Shown here: positions 19,607-29,418 of the stretch, piece by piece
Layout of the letters: every line of letters begins with the position of its first letter
How positions within the stretch are numbered: the first letter of the stretch is position 1
Source of the DNA: a bacterium
GTDB lineage: Bacteria; JADJOY01
Assembly (NCBI GenBank): GCA_046331705.1
Contig: JAXLQJ010000049.1
Location: forward strand, 1 to 55,950
Reading direction: 5' to 3'
Length of the DNA: 55,950 bases
Made by a program: the position numbers and the translations under genes
The notes under the pieces: model-generated
The model's database searches: none
What the model saw: only the letters and a program-made list of their open reading frames with translations
Told to the model about the DNA's origin: nothing

Positions 19607-21589
19607 TCACCCGTCGCGGGCGATCACCACCACGCGGTCCTCGCGGCGCAGCGCGAGTGCCAGGTCCTTCGCCGGGTTCATCAGCACGCCGAAGTTGTTG
19701 GCGCGCGAGTTTTCCGCGCGCTCGAGCTTGAGCCCGATCGCCACCTCGCCGCGCTGCAGCGAGCCCGACAAGAGATCCGCGAACACGCAGCGCTCGGGAT
19801 GAGTCGTGTAGAGCGCCGCCGGCTTCAGGTGGACCTCGCAGCCACCGGCATCCAGCAGCTCCTCGTAGATGAGCTGGAGCATGAGCTGCTGCGAGACCTG
19901 GGTGAGCACCATGCTGACCATCTCGGGGCTGATCACCATGTCGCCGAGCTTCTGACCCATGAGCAGGTCGGCGTTCTGCGGGTGCAGGAACTCGGTGGCG
20001 ATGCGTCGCTCGGAGCTCTCGCCGCGTTCGCGCAGCACGTCGCGGAGCGAGAGCAACGTGATGATGGTGCGGGCGTCGGGATCGGCGTCGCCCATCGACC
20101 GATCCGCGAGCAGGATCACGCTCTCGTGCGCGGGCCCGAGCAGCGAGGCCAGATGCTCACGCTTGGCGTAGTTCGTCTGCGCGTACGAGTACGCCACGGT
20201 GCGCACCGGCTGGCTCAGGTTCTCGGCCATCAGCGCCGCAGCGACCTCGGGAGGGTGATGGGCGACGATGCGCAACGGCATGCCGGGCGGCGCCAGGTCG
20301 CGGTCGAGCTCGGAGACGATGTCGTAGATGCTCTCGTTCCAGCCCAGGACCAGCACCTGCGTGGGACGGCTCGGCTCGAGTGGCGCCGTCGAGACCGCCT
20401 CGCCGGGGTGCGGTGTCGCCTTCGGATCGAAGACGAGATCTCGCCCGCGGCTCACGAAGATCAGCCATTCGCCCTTGGCGACGCGGTAGTCGGCGCCTGG
20501 GTTCAAGCACGGGATGAATCGATCGCGGCCGGCGACGCGCTCCATGCGGCTCACGCCGATGGGAATCGCGTTCGCGAACTTGGGCCACAGCTCGCCGAAG
20601 CGCTGGCCCTCGAGCTCGGGGTAGCCGGCGACGAAGATCTCGCTGCCCGAGAAATCGAAGAGCTCGCGATAGACGATCGAGAGGTCCGGTTGTCGGGACG
20701 CTTGCACCAGGAGCTTGCTGATCGTGGCGCTGGAGTTGACGATCGAGACCTCGCCGGCGGCGGCGATGGAGGCGGCCTGGAAATAGCCGCGCTTGATGAT
20801 CTCCGCCGCCATCTTGGGGCGGCGCTCGCCCCATTCGCGAAACGACGAGAGCTGGATCAGCGTCTTGATGACGCGGATGTCGGGGTCCTCGGTGGCGCTC
20901 GGCGCGGACTCGTCGGCCAGCACCACGATGTTGAAGGCCTTGTCGAACGCGACGCGCCTGAGCTCGACCAGGTTGGAGGGATCGCCGGTGCGGAACACCA
21001 GCCGCACGTTGGCGCCGACCGCCGCCTCGGTGCGCACCCGCTCCTTCATGAGATCGAGCTCGTGGCGGCAGAGCACCACCACCGTCGCCTGGCGAGCGCT
21101 CTCCGAGAGCAGGCGCAGGATCGAGAAGATCTTGTCGTTCCAACCCAGGATCAGCAGGTGGTCCCGCTCCTTCACCACGCCGTTGCCGCTGCGCAGCGAA
21201 GCGAGGCGAGCCTCGATCGCGGAGGAGACGAGACCGACGAGCGTGCCGAAGATGCCGAGCCCGGCGAAGCACAGCGCGAACGACACCAGCACCACCGGCC
21301 ACGTGGCGCGGTAGTCGGCATTGGCGGCGGAGGGATCGAGGACGTGGCCGATCGACCACCAGAAGCTGTCGGCGAGCCCCCGATCGAGATCGCGGCGAAT
21401 GCCTTCGACGTCCGCGTTCTCGGGTGAGAAGAGACCGACGTAGTAGGCGCACATCCCGAGCAGCACGATCGCGGCCGAGAGCGCCGTGAGCAGCAGCACC
21501 TGCGCGCCCGTGCCGCGGGCGAACCAGTTGTCGAGGCGGTAGCGGACGTGCTCGCGAATCTCGCGCCAGCTGCTCTTCAGCGTCGCCAT
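19607..21589 (-). CDS. CASTOR/POLLUX (DMI1)-like ion channel with tandem RCK domains
   Basis: RYRLDNWFARG, pore helix SFWWSIGHVLDP, LRSG..V.E.DHLLILGWN, DPDIRVIKTLIQL, ELFDFSGSEI, repeated in the second half; GAGG RBS before ATG 21589. Confidence 0.85.
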   Translation of the reverse strand: MATLKSSWREIREHVRYRLDNWFARGTGAQVLLLTALSAAIVLLGMCAYYVGLFSPENADVEGIRRDLDRGLADSFWWSIGHVLDPSAANADYRATWPVVLVSFALCFAGLGIFGTLVGLVSSAIEARLASLRSGNGVVKERDHLLILGWNDKIFSILRLLSESARQATVVVLCRHELDLMKERVRTEAAVGANVRLVFRTGDPSNLVELRRVAFDKAFNIVVLADESAPSATEDPDIRVIKTLIQLSSFREWGERRPKMAAEIIKRGYFQAASIAAAGEVSIVNSSATISKLLVQASRQPDLSIVYRELFDFSGSEIFVAGYPELEGQRFGELWPKFANAIPIGVSRMERVAGRDRFIPCLNPGADYRVAKGEWLIFVSRGRDLVFDPKATPHPGEAVSTAPLEPSRPTQVLVLGWNESIYDIVSELDRDLAPPGMPLRIVAHHPPEVAAALMAENLSQPVRTVAYSYAQTNYAKREHLASLLGPAHESVILLADRSMGDADPDARTIITLLSLRDVLRERGESSERRIATEFLHPQNADLLMGQKLGDMVISPEMVSMVLTQVSQQLMLQLIYEELLDAGGCEVHLKPAALYTTHPERCVFADLLSGSLQRGEVAIGLKLERAENSRANNFGVLMNPAKDLALALRREDRVVVIARDG

Positions 21590-21599
21590 TCGCTCGACC

Positions 21600-22604
21600 T
21601 CACGCGGCGCAGCGCTCACCGCCGTCAGGGCCGTCGCCGTCGGTCGCGAGCAGCGCCAGGCAGGAGTCGAGGCGCTCGGTGCGGATGAGCGCTTGCCACC
21701 GTGCGTCCGCGTCGGCGAGCCCGGCGAGATAGCCGCGCAGGTGGCGGCGCGTCGCGAAGATCCCCGGCTTCTCGCCGCGGCTCTCGACGTTCCATGCCAG
21801 GTGGGTGCGCGCCAGCGCCAGCCGCTCGGCGGCGCCGGGCGCCGCGCGCTCGCGTCCGAGGTCGAGGAGCGCGCGCGCCTCGCGGAAGACCCACGGATGG
21901 TCGATCGCGGCGCGGCCGATCATCGCCGCCGCGCAGCCCGTCTCGTCGAGCGCGCGTCGCACGTCCGCGGCGCTGCGGACGTCGCCGTTCACGATCACCG
22001 GGATTCGCACCGCCTGGCGCGCGCGCCGCGCCCAGCTCCAGTCGGCGGGGCCGTCGTGGCGCGCCATCGCGGTACGGCAGTGGATGGTGAGCGCCGCGAC
22101 TCCCACGTCTTCCAGCCGCCGCGCGAGATCGACGATCGGCATGTGCGATTCCGGGCCGTAGCCGATGCGGGTCTTCACCGTGACGGCGAGTCGCGTGCCC
22201 GCGACGATCCGCGCCGCCATCGCCACCATCGCCGTCGGGTCGCGCAACCAACCCGCGCCGCCCCCTCGCGCCATGATCCGCGGTACCCAGCAACCGCAGT
22301 TGATGTCCAGGAAAGCCGGCCCCGCGTCCTCGGCGACGCGCGCGGCTTCCACCAACTCGTCGGGGTTGCCGCCATAGATCTGAATCGCGGTGGGGCGATC
22401 GTCGGGGGCGAGTGTGAGCTTGCGGCGCGAGGTCTTGCAGCCGCGCAGCAGGCTGCCGACGTTCACGAACTCCGTCACGCACAGCTCCGCGCCGACGGTG
22501 CGGCAAAGGCGCCGGAACACGGCGTCGGAAACGCCGTCCATCGGCGCCAGGATCACCGGGCGGCGGGCCAGGAAGTCGTGAAGCGTGTCGCGCGTGAAGG
22601 TCAT
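21600..22604 (-). CDS. dusB: tRNA-dihydrouridine synthase (DusB-like)
   Basis: LAPMDGVSD, DINCGC, VTVKTRIG, LTIHCRT, NGDV, MIGRAA. Confidence 0.85.
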   Translation of the reverse strand: MTFTRDTLHDFLARRPVILAPMDGVSDAVFRRLCRTVGAELCVTEFVNVGSLLRGCKTSRRKLTLAPDDRPTAIQIYGGNPDELVEAARVAEDAGPAFLDINCGCWVPRIMARGGGAGWLRDPTAMVAMAARIVAGTRLAVTVKTRIGYGPESHMPIVDLARRLEDVGVAALTIHCRTAMARHDGPADWSWARRARQAVRIPVIVNGDVRSAADVRRALDETGCAAAMIGRAAIDHPWVFREARALLDLGRERAAPGAAERLALARTHLAWNVESRGEKPGIFATRRHLRGYLAGLADADARWQALIRTERLDSCLALLATDGDGPDGGERCAA

Positions 22605-22733
22605 GGAAGGGCCGTCGCCGCGCCGATCGGGCAACGACGAGGCAACGGTGAGGCAATGGCTCAAGACTAGCAAGGTCTCGGGAATCGAGCGCGCGCGGCT
22701 ATGCTCGCCGCCACCGCGGGAGGAGCGTCGACC

Positions 22734-23465
22734 ATGTCTCAGCTCATTTCACTTTCGTACTCGCCCTGGTCCGAGCGCGCGCGCTGGGCGCTCGATCATC
22801 ACCACATCCAGCGGCGGAACGTCGAGTACGTGCCGATGGTCGGCGAGCCCTACTTGCGCTGGAAGCTCGGCAAGCTCACCGGGCGCGTCACCGTCCCGGT
22901 ATTCGTCGACGAGGCCGGGGTGTGGAAGGACTCGCTCGACATCGCGCGCCGGGCCGACGCCATCGGCAGCGGAAGCCCGCTCTTTCCCGCGGGAACCGAG
23001 GACGAGATCGCGCGCTGGAACGAGCGTGCCGAGCGAATCCTCGCCGCCTCGCGGGTGCTCTCGCTCCGTCGCACGGCGGCCAACCCGCGTGCGATTCAGG
23101 AGAGCATGCCGTTCCCGAAGGCGCTGAAGCCGTATCTCTTGCCGCTGGGACGGAGCGCGGTCGCGTTCATCGCCAAGAAGTACGCGACGGCCGCGCTCAC
23201 CGATGCCGCTGCGGATGCCGCGATTCACGACGGGCTCTCCGAGATCCGGGCCGCGTTGGCCGGCAAGCGCGGTCATCTGCTCGGCGATGGGCTCACGTAC
23301 GCCGACATCGTGGCGGCGACCTCGTTCCAGCTCGCGGCGCCGGTCGCCGATCGCTACATCCGGCTCGGCCCCGAGACGCGCAAATGCTGCACGTCCGAGC
23401 GCGTCAGCCGTGACTTCGCGGATCTCGTCGCCTGGCGCGACGAGCTCTACGCGAAGTACCGCTGA
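22734..23465 (+). CDS. glutathione S-transferase family protein
   Basis: SPWSERARWAL, TVPV, DSLDIAR, LLGDGLTYADI; GGAG RBS. Confidence 0.85.
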   Translation: MSQLISLSYSPWSERARWALDHHHIQRRNVEYVPMVGEPYLRWKLGKLTGRVTVPVFVDEAGVWKDSLDIARRADAIGSGSPLFPAGTEDEIARWNERAERILAASRVLSLRRTAANPRAIQESMPFPKALKPYLLPLGRSAVAFIAKKYATAALTDAAADAAIHDGLSEIRAALAGKRGHLLGDGLTYADIVAATSFQLAAPVADRYIRLGPETRKCCTSERVSRDFADLVAWRDELYAKYR

Positions 23466-23468
23466 CCC

Positions 23469-23915
23469 TCACCCCACGTCGAGCCGGAACGTGGGGTAAC
23501 GCGACGCCGCCGCGAGCAATGCTTGCTCGCTCGCGCGGGCATCGAGTCCGGGAAAGAACGGTCTCACCTGCCAGCCCCAGCGCGCGAGATAGGACCGCAG
23601 CACGTCCGGCTTCGCCGCGTCGGGAATCTCGGTCGCGCGAAACGCCTCGATGCGCGAGCCGAGACGCAGCTCACCTCCGCCACTCGCCCGCAGGTTCTTC
23701 ACCCAATGGGCCTCGCCGCGCGGCGCGACGAGGTAGCGCGCGCCCCCGTGCACCAACACGTTCACGGGCGTGGTGCGCCACTCGCCGCTCTTGCGCCCGC
23801 GCACGGCCAGGATTCGCGAGCCGAAGAACGCGACACCGAAGCGCGACAGGAAGAGCGGCAGCAGATTGAAGGCTCGCGTGATCCAGTCGGGACGGGCGAA
23901 GCGCTCATGCGCCAT
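23469..23915 (-). CDS. deazaflavin (F420)-dependent nitroreductase family protein
   Basis: LAVRGRKSGEWRTTPV, WVKNLRA. Confidence 0.85.
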   Translation of the reverse strand: MAHERFARPDWITRAFNLLPLFLSRFGVAFFGSRILAVRGRKSGEWRTTPVNVLVHGGARYLVAPRGEAHWVKNLRASGGGELRLGSRIEAFRATEIPDAAKPDVLRSYLARWGWQVRPFFPGLDARASEQALLAAASRYPTFRLDVG

Positions 23916-24110
23916 GGGGATCCCTTCGCGCGAACGTTCCCGCGGCGAACGCCGCCGTCCGGGGTGGCGGGAGAGACCGTGCCGCCCGCCGTTGCCTTGC
24001 TGGCCAGAATGGCCCGCGATAGGCTCGTTTTCCATTCCCCCATTCGACGTCGGAACCGATCGCGGCACGAAGCCTCGCGCCGCAAGCTGGTCCCGCGAGC
24101 GAGGAGACCC

Positions 24111-24401
24111 GTGGCGCTATTCGTGTTCATCGGTCACGACGGCCCGGAAGGCACCGCCCGCCGCGAGCAGTACCGGGCGGCTCACGTGGCCGCCCTCGAC
24201 AAGCTCGACGCCGAGGGTCGCATCGCCTTCGCGGGCCCCATCCGCGACGACGCCAACGCCGCATCCACCGGCGCCGTGATCGTGTTCGACGCCGACAGCC
24301 TCGACGCCGCCAAGAAGCTCATGGCCCACGACCCCTACGTCGTGGGTGGCGTCTTCGCCAACTATTCGATCCACCCGTTCCGGCAGGCGTATCCCAAGTA
24401 G
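24111..24401 (+). CDS. YciI family protein
   Basis: R...RAAH, FAGP, G.VIVF, DPYV.GGVF; GAGGAG RBS before GTG. Confidence 0.88.
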   Translation: MALFVFIGHDGPEGTARREQYRAAHVAALDKLDAEGRIAFAGPIRDDANAASTGAVIVFDADSLDAAKKLMAHDPYVVGGVFANYSIHPFRQAYPK

Positions 24402-24500
24402 CGTCGCGCGCCGCGCGACGTTCGGTGGCTACCCGCTCGGACGACGGACGTTCGACCACCGCCAACCGACGACGAAAACGACCAGACGAGGAGAACGACG

Positions 24501-25316
24501 ATGGATTGGGGAATGGCCAATCGCATGGCCCGCATGATCAAGCCCGACGGCAAGTGCTACTTCCTGCCGATCGACCACGGTTATTTCCAGGGCCCCACGC
24601 GCTGCTTGGAGCGCCCGGGCGAGACCATCGCGCCGCTCTTGCCGTACGCCGACGCGCTCTTCTGCACCCGCGGCGTGTTGCGCGCCGCGGTGCCGGCGAG
24701 CTCGGATGTGCCGATCATCCTGCGCGTTTCGGGCGGTAGCACGATGGTGGGCAAGGACCTCGCCGACGAAGGCGTCACCACCAGCATCGAGGAGATCCTC
24801 CGCGTGAACGCCACCGCGGTGGGGATCTCGGTGTTCGTGGGCAGTGAGTACGAGAGCCAAACCCTCATGAACCTCGCCGACCTCGTGAACGACTGCGAGG
24901 ACTACGGCATCCCCGTCATGGCGGTGACCGCCGTGGGACGCGAGCTCGAGAAGCGCGACGCGCGTTTCCTCGGCCTTGCTTGCCGGGTGTGCGCCGAGCT
25001 CGGCGCGCGCGTGGTCAAGACCTACTGGTGCGACGACGGATTCGACAAGGTCGTGAACGGCTGCCCGGTGCCCGTGGTGATCGCCGGCGGTCCCAAATGC
25101 GAGACCGAGAAGGAAGTGTTCGAGTTCGTGCACGACGGCATGTCGAAGGGTGCCATCGGGGTGAACCTGGGCCGCAACGTGTGGCAGGCACCGCATCCGC
25201 TGCCCACGATGAAGGCGCTCGCCGCGCTCATCCACCAGGGCCTCAACGTCAAGCAGACCCTGGACGTCTTCAACGCCGCGCTCGCCGACGAGCAAGCCGC
25301 CGCCAAGAAGAAGTGA
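24501..25316 (+). CDS. lsrF: LsrF-type thiolase / DhnA-family class I aldolase
   Basis: MDWGMANR, DHGYFQGPT, AELGA.VVKTY, VVIAGGPK, GRNVWQ. Confidence 0.85.
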   Translation: MDWGMANRMARMIKPDGKCYFLPIDHGYFQGPTRCLERPGETIAPLLPYADALFCTRGVLRAAVPASSDVPIILRVSGGSTMVGKDLADEGVTTSIEEILRVNATAVGISVFVGSEYESQTLMNLADLVNDCEDYGIPVMAVTAVGRELEKRDARFLGLACRVCAELGARVVKTYWCDDGFDKVVNGCPVPVVIAGGPKCETEKEVFEFVHDGMSKGAIGVNLGRNVWQAPHPLPTMKALAALIHQGLNVKQTLDVFNAALADEQAAAKKK

Positions 25317-25375
25317 GTCTTCCGATCTCCCGCCGCTCGCCGGTGCAGCCGACGCCGCGGCACGATGGATCTCTC

Positions 25376-25404
25376 ACGGGCGGCCTGGCATTCAGGCCGC
25401 CCGT
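25376..25404. repeat. perfect 12-bp hairpin between lsrF and the dehydrogenase
   Basis: ACGGGCGGCCTG-gcatt-CAGGCCGCCCGT. Confidence 0.8.
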
Positions 25405-25424
25405 CTCGTTCGAGGAGTGACCCG

Positions 25425-26450
25425 ATGCGCGTCGGCATGTACTACCGAAACGACGACGTTCGCGTGCAGGAGCTGCCCGTTCCCAAGATCGGACCGGGCG
25501 AAGCGCTGGTGAAGGTGCATGCCAGCGGCATCTGCGGCAGCGACGTCATGGAGTGGTACCGGATCAAGAAGGCGCCGCTGGTGCTCGGCCACGAGATCGC
25601 CGGCGAGATCGTGGAGCTGGGCGCCGGCGTCACCCGCTACAAGCCGGGCGATCGCGTCTTCGTGTCGCACCACGTGCCCTGCAACACCTGCCGCTACTGC
25701 CTGCGCGGCGATCACACCGCCTGCGAGACGCTCCACACCACCAACTTCGATCCCGGCGGCTTTTCCGAGTACCTGCGCGTGCCGTCGCTCCAGACCGATC
25801 GCGGCATCTTCGTGCTGCCCAACGAGGTGAGCTGGGACGAGGGCACGTTCGTCGAGCCGCTCGCATGCGTGGTGCGCGGACAGCGCGTGGCGAACCTGCG
25901 GCCCAGCGACAGCGTGCTGGTGCTGGGTAGCGGCATCTCGGGCCTCATGCACATCATGCTCGCCAAGGCTCTCGGCGCAGGCCGCATCCTCGCCACCGAC
26001 GTCGCCGATTTCCGTCTCGACATGGCGAAGGACTTGGGCGCCGAGCACACCATTCGGGCCACCGACGACGTGCCCGCGCGCGTGAAGGAGCTGAACGAGG
26101 GCCGCGGCGCGGATCTCGTCATCGTCTGCACCGGCGCACGTCCCGCGTTCACCCAGGCGCTCAACTCGGTCGATCGCGGCGGCTCGGTGATGTTCTTCGC
26201 GCCCACCGATCCCGGCGTGGACCTGCCCGTCCCGGTCAACGACTTCTGGCGGAACGGCATCAAGCTCATGCCGTCCTACGGCGCGGCCCCCAACGATCTC
26301 GCCATCTCGACCGAGCTGATCCGGTCGAAGCGCGTGCCCGTGGCGCGCTTGGTCACCCACCGCCTGCCGCTCGATCAGATCGGCGTCGGCTTCATGCTCA
26401 CCGCCAAGCCCCAGAACTCGATGAAGGTCGTGATCGAGCCGCAGCGCTGA
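25425..26450 (+). CDS. zinc-dependent (sorbitol/iditol-type) dehydrogenase, MDR family
   Basis: GICGSD, GHE.AG, C..C..C....C structural Zn site, EPLAC, GSGISG; GAGGAG RBS. Confidence 0.9.
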   Translation: MRVGMYYRNDDVRVQELPVPKIGPGEALVKVHASGICGSDVMEWYRIKKAPLVLGHEIAGEIVELGAGVTRYKPGDRVFVSHHVPCNTCRYCLRGDHTACETLHTTNFDPGGFSEYLRVPSLQTDRGIFVLPNEVSWDEGTFVEPLACVVRGQRVANLRPSDSVLVLGSGISGLMHIMLAKALGAGRILATDVADFRLDMAKDLGAEHTIRATDDVPARVKELNEGRGADLVIVCTGARPAFTQALNSVDRGGSVMFFAPTDPGVDLPVPVNDFWRNGIKLMPSYGAAPNDLAISTELIRSKRVPVARLVTHRLPLDQIGVGFMLTAKPQNSMKVVIEPQR

Positions 26451-26624
26451 CCGACCGCTGAACGACTCGCGCTCGCGCGTTCCTCGGGCTTGCCGGCGCT
26501 TCCTCGGGGAACCGTTCCAACTCGCGGCCGAACGAGATCCGTGGTGCTCGCGGGGCTCGCGCCCACGCCGAGTCGCTACGCTCGTCGGCGCGGCTAGACC
26601 AGGACGTGACTCGCGACGCGGCGT

Positions 26625-27125
26625 TCACTCCGCGGGGACCTTGTCCTTGCCGTCGAACGGAGGCGAGTAGATCGCGTAGGCGATCGCGGGCTCGGGGGAC
26701 GTGTTGCGAAACGCGTGCACGGTTCCGCGTGGGACGTAGAGGACCGAGCCTTCACCCACCGGACGCGCTTCGTTGCCGATGCGCATGGTGCCGTAGCCGC
26801 GGACGATGAAGACGAAGAGATCGTGGGTGTCGTGGCGGTGCGGGTCTTCGCGGTCGCGAATGGCCACCAGGTGATGGCTGCTGCGGCCGTCGCGACCGAT
26901 CTCGGTGAGCTTGAAGGCCTCGCCCTCGTTGAGCTCGACGAGGGCGGCGAGCTGCTTCAGCGATTCCGTGGTGCGCGCGTCGCCGAAGAGCGCATCCACG
27001 ACGGGATGCGGCGCCTCGACCGGCTGGCCGCCGAGCCCGGCGGCCGCGCAGCCGACGCTCAACGGCAAGGCCGCCACGAGCCCCAGCCACAGCCAGCGGC
27101 GTGTATCGCGAATGAATCGCTTCAT
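26625..27125 (-). CDS. cupin-domain lipoprotein
   Basis: Lipobox LSVGC; PHRHDTHD...GSVLYVPRGTVH cupin motifs; GGAGG RBS. Confidence 0.8.
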   Translation of the reverse strand: MKRFIRDTRRWLWLGLVAALPLSVGCAAAGLGGQPVEAPHPVVDALFGDARTTESLKQLAALVELNEGEAFKLTEIGRDGRSSHHLVAIRDREDPHRHDTHDLFVFIVRGYGTMRIGNEARPVGEGSVLYVPRGTVHAFRNTSPEPAIAYAIYSPPFDGKDKVPAE

Positions 27126-27253
27126 GGAAAGCCTCCTGTGAAGGGACGCGGCCGTGAACGCGCGCCAGTCTGGCACTCTCGGGCGGGCCGAGCCACGGGT
27201 CGTCGTCACGGATCGCGCGGCGGCATCGCTCGCCGGTGCTGCTTCGCGCCCGG

Positions 27254-27646
27254 TCAGATGACCTGATAGGCGATCAGCGCGCAAACCAAGGTCATCAGCG
27301 CGAGCCCGACGAGGAACAGGACGTCGGCCGCGCGCTCGAGGCGCCGGTAGCGCGACGCCGAGGGTGCGCGCAGCGCCGCATACGCGAAAGCCGTGGCGAG
27401 CAGGAAGATCAGCGCGTCGAGAGCCAGAAGCTCGTCCTCGAAGCCCTGGATCTTTCGCAGCTCTTCGATCACCCGGATGAGCCCGATGACCGTGAGACAT
27501 ACGCCGACGAGCGTGGCGGAGACCGTGAGGATGTGCGAGCTCAGCGCCGAATCCTCGGCGCTGAGCGCCCGCGCCGCGCCCTCGCTCGCCGGTCGACTCG
27601 CCTCGGACGACGCCGAGGGAGCATCTCGTGGAGACGTTGGGCGCAT
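27254..27646 (-). CDS. small 3-TM membrane protein, function unknown
   Basis: HILTVSATLVGVCLTVIGL plus two further hydrophobic helices; start uncertain. Confidence 0.7.
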   Translation of the reverse strand: MRPTSPRDAPSASSEASRPASEGAARALSAEDSALSSHILTVSATLVGVCLTVIGLIRVIEELRKIQGFEDELLALDALIFLLATAFAYAALRAPSASRYRRLERAADVLFLVGLALMTLVCALIAYQVI

Positions 27647-27771
27647 CGTCCAGCTCGAAGCGCGGGACGGCGCGGCTGTCGCGCTCGCTCGGCGCAACGT
27701 TGTCGCCGGTGCGCCCCTCCCGACTCGGTCGCAGCCTACACGAGGCGAGTCGCGCGATCATTCCAGCGGCA

Positions 27772-27847
27772 GGTGCCACGTCCGCGACTGGGGAGGGTGG
27801 CACCAAAGGTGGGTGGCACCAGTGGAGCACCAGTGGAGGGTGGCACC
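27772..27847. repeat. cluster of GGTG-G-CACC interrupted palindromes
   Basis: GGGTGGCACC at 27795, 27811 and 27838, a partial copy near 27827, and an inverted GGTGCCAC at 27772. Confidence 0.8.
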
Positions 27848-28041
27848 GGTGGATGGGTGGAACTTCGCCACATGTCCCGCGCATGGCGCGGTCGATTCGG
27901 CGAGCGCGGAAGAAAAGCGGCTTATCCCCGGGTATTTCCGCGCTCTCCGACGCTGGTATCGCGGTTGCACTCGCGTCGATACGGGAGGGGATATCGAAGT
28001 CGAGAGCGGACGAACGACTCGCTCCGACACAGGAAGGTGCC

Positions 28042-28566
28042 ATGAAGATTCACCCGTTGGGTCTCGCCTCACGAATACCGTCGTTGCTGGTCGCAAGCGC
28101 GCTCGTGGCGCCGCTTTCCGCGCGCGCCGTCACGATGGAGAAGGCGGCGCCGCCGCCGATGATGCGCTACCCGCAAGTCAACATTCCGGGGGAGCCGCGC
28201 TTCGATCCGTTCGTCATCACGATCTACGCCGGCCAATCGGTGCGGTGGGTGAACACCGCCGTCGAGGATCACAACGTCACCAGCGACGACACCTTCAACT
28301 ACGCCATCCACCGCGGGCTCGACAAGGTCGTCCCCGGCACCGCCAGCAATCACGGCCAACCGGGCTACGTCGAGGTGAAGTTCCCGCAGCCAGGGCTCTT
28401 CGTCTACTACGACAAGGAATTCGCGCGGCTCGACGCCAACAGCCAGCCGACCGCTCCCGGACCTTTGGGCGGGATTCAGGACGCCGCTGGCGACTACGGC
28501 ACGCCGATGATGGGTGTGGTGTGGGTGCTGCCCGCGCCGCCCGCGAGCACGGCGGCGGCGCAGTGA
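28042..28566 (+). CDS. secreted cupredoxin-fold (plastocyanin-like) protein lacking Cys
   Basis: Signal peptide; F.P..ITI.AGQSVRWVN...HNVT, F.QPG.F.YY, PMMGVVWV. Confidence 0.75.
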   Translation: MKIHPLGLASRIPSLLVASALVAPLSARAVTMEKAAPPPMMRYPQVNIPGEPRFDPFVITIYAGQSVRWVNTAVEDHNVTSDDTFNYAIHRGLDKVVPGTASNHGQPGYVEVKFPQPGLFVYYDKEFARLDANSQPTAPGPLGGIQDAAGDYGTPMMGVVWVLPAPPASTAAAQ

Positions 28567-28755
28567 CGAGCTGAAGCTCGGCTCCGACCCGATCGCCACC
28601 TGCGGTCTCTCGCGAGGCCGGAGGTGAAGTCTCGCGAAGGCGCGCCGCCCTCACCCGGCGGCGCGCGGTTTCACACCACGAGATCCATGCCCGCAGTCGA
28701 TGCATGCGCATCGGCCTCGCCTCGGAAGAACGACATCCTCAAGAAGGAGTGCCCC

Positions 28756-29190
28756 ATGAAACTCATCACCTGGATCGCTGCCGTGCCGTTGGTCGTCGGT
28801 CTCGGTTGCGAGCGCAAGATCATCCTCCCGGAACCGGGCGGCGCCCCGGTGTATTCGCCCCCGTCGAGCATCGTGCCCGGCGCTCCACCCAGCTACTACT
28901 GGATCGATCCGGTCGGCGGCTCGGTGCCGATTCCCGAGGAATACGTGTACGTGAACTCGAACGGAGTGGCGGTCGACGAGCGGACCGGCCACGAGCTGCG
29001 TCGTCTCGAACGCCAGAACCGCACGCTGACGCGTGAGCTCGAAGCGGAGCAGAAGAAGGCCGCCGAGCAGAAAGTCCGCGACGAGCACCATCTCGAGAAG
29101 GACGAGCAGAAGGCCGAGCGCGTGGAAGCGAAGGAGCGCGCGGAGATCGAGCGCGAGCAAGCCAAGGCGCGTGCCGAGGAGCACCGTTGA
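28756..29190 (+). CDS. hypothetical lipoprotein with charged coiled-coil C-terminus
   Basis: AAGGAG RBS; lipobox-like VGLGC; E/K/R-rich tail. Confidence 0.7.
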   Translation: MKLITWIAAVPLVVGLGCERKIILPEPGGAPVYSPPSSIVPGAPPSYYWIDPVGGSVPIPEEYVYVNSNGVAVDERTGHELRRLERQNRTLTRELEAEQKKAAEQKVRDEHHLEKDEQKAERVEAKERAEIEREQAKARAEEHR

Positions 29191-29418
29191 AGGACCACGG
29201 GTCGGCGCGTCCCGCGCCAACCCTGTGCCGCTGGCCTACACGCCGCGAATGCGACAGGTTGGCGCGCGTTCGCGGCGCGCGTTCGGCAATCGCCTCGTCG
29301 CGCGAGGACTTCCGTGCACGATCTGGATCGATTCGTTCCTCTCGCTGGTCGCGCTCGAGGTCACACTCGATCCACCCGCGTGAACCCGGCCGCTCCTGCG
29401 AGCGCGCGACGCCGGGCC

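Noticed and set aside
19595-21427. 610-aa plus-strand ORF, and similar long antisense ORFs such as 1048-3204, 17812-19269 and 49102-51132
   Set aside because: Antisense shadows of well-supported genes
23916-24110. possible tRNA or ncRNA in the intergenic gap
   Set aside because: No cloverleaf, T-loop or CCA pattern recognisable
27772-27860. possible CRISPR array or sigma-54 promoter (TGGCAC)
   Set aside because: Repeats are only 10 bp with irregular short spacers, no cas genes are present, and there is no TTGC at the -12 position
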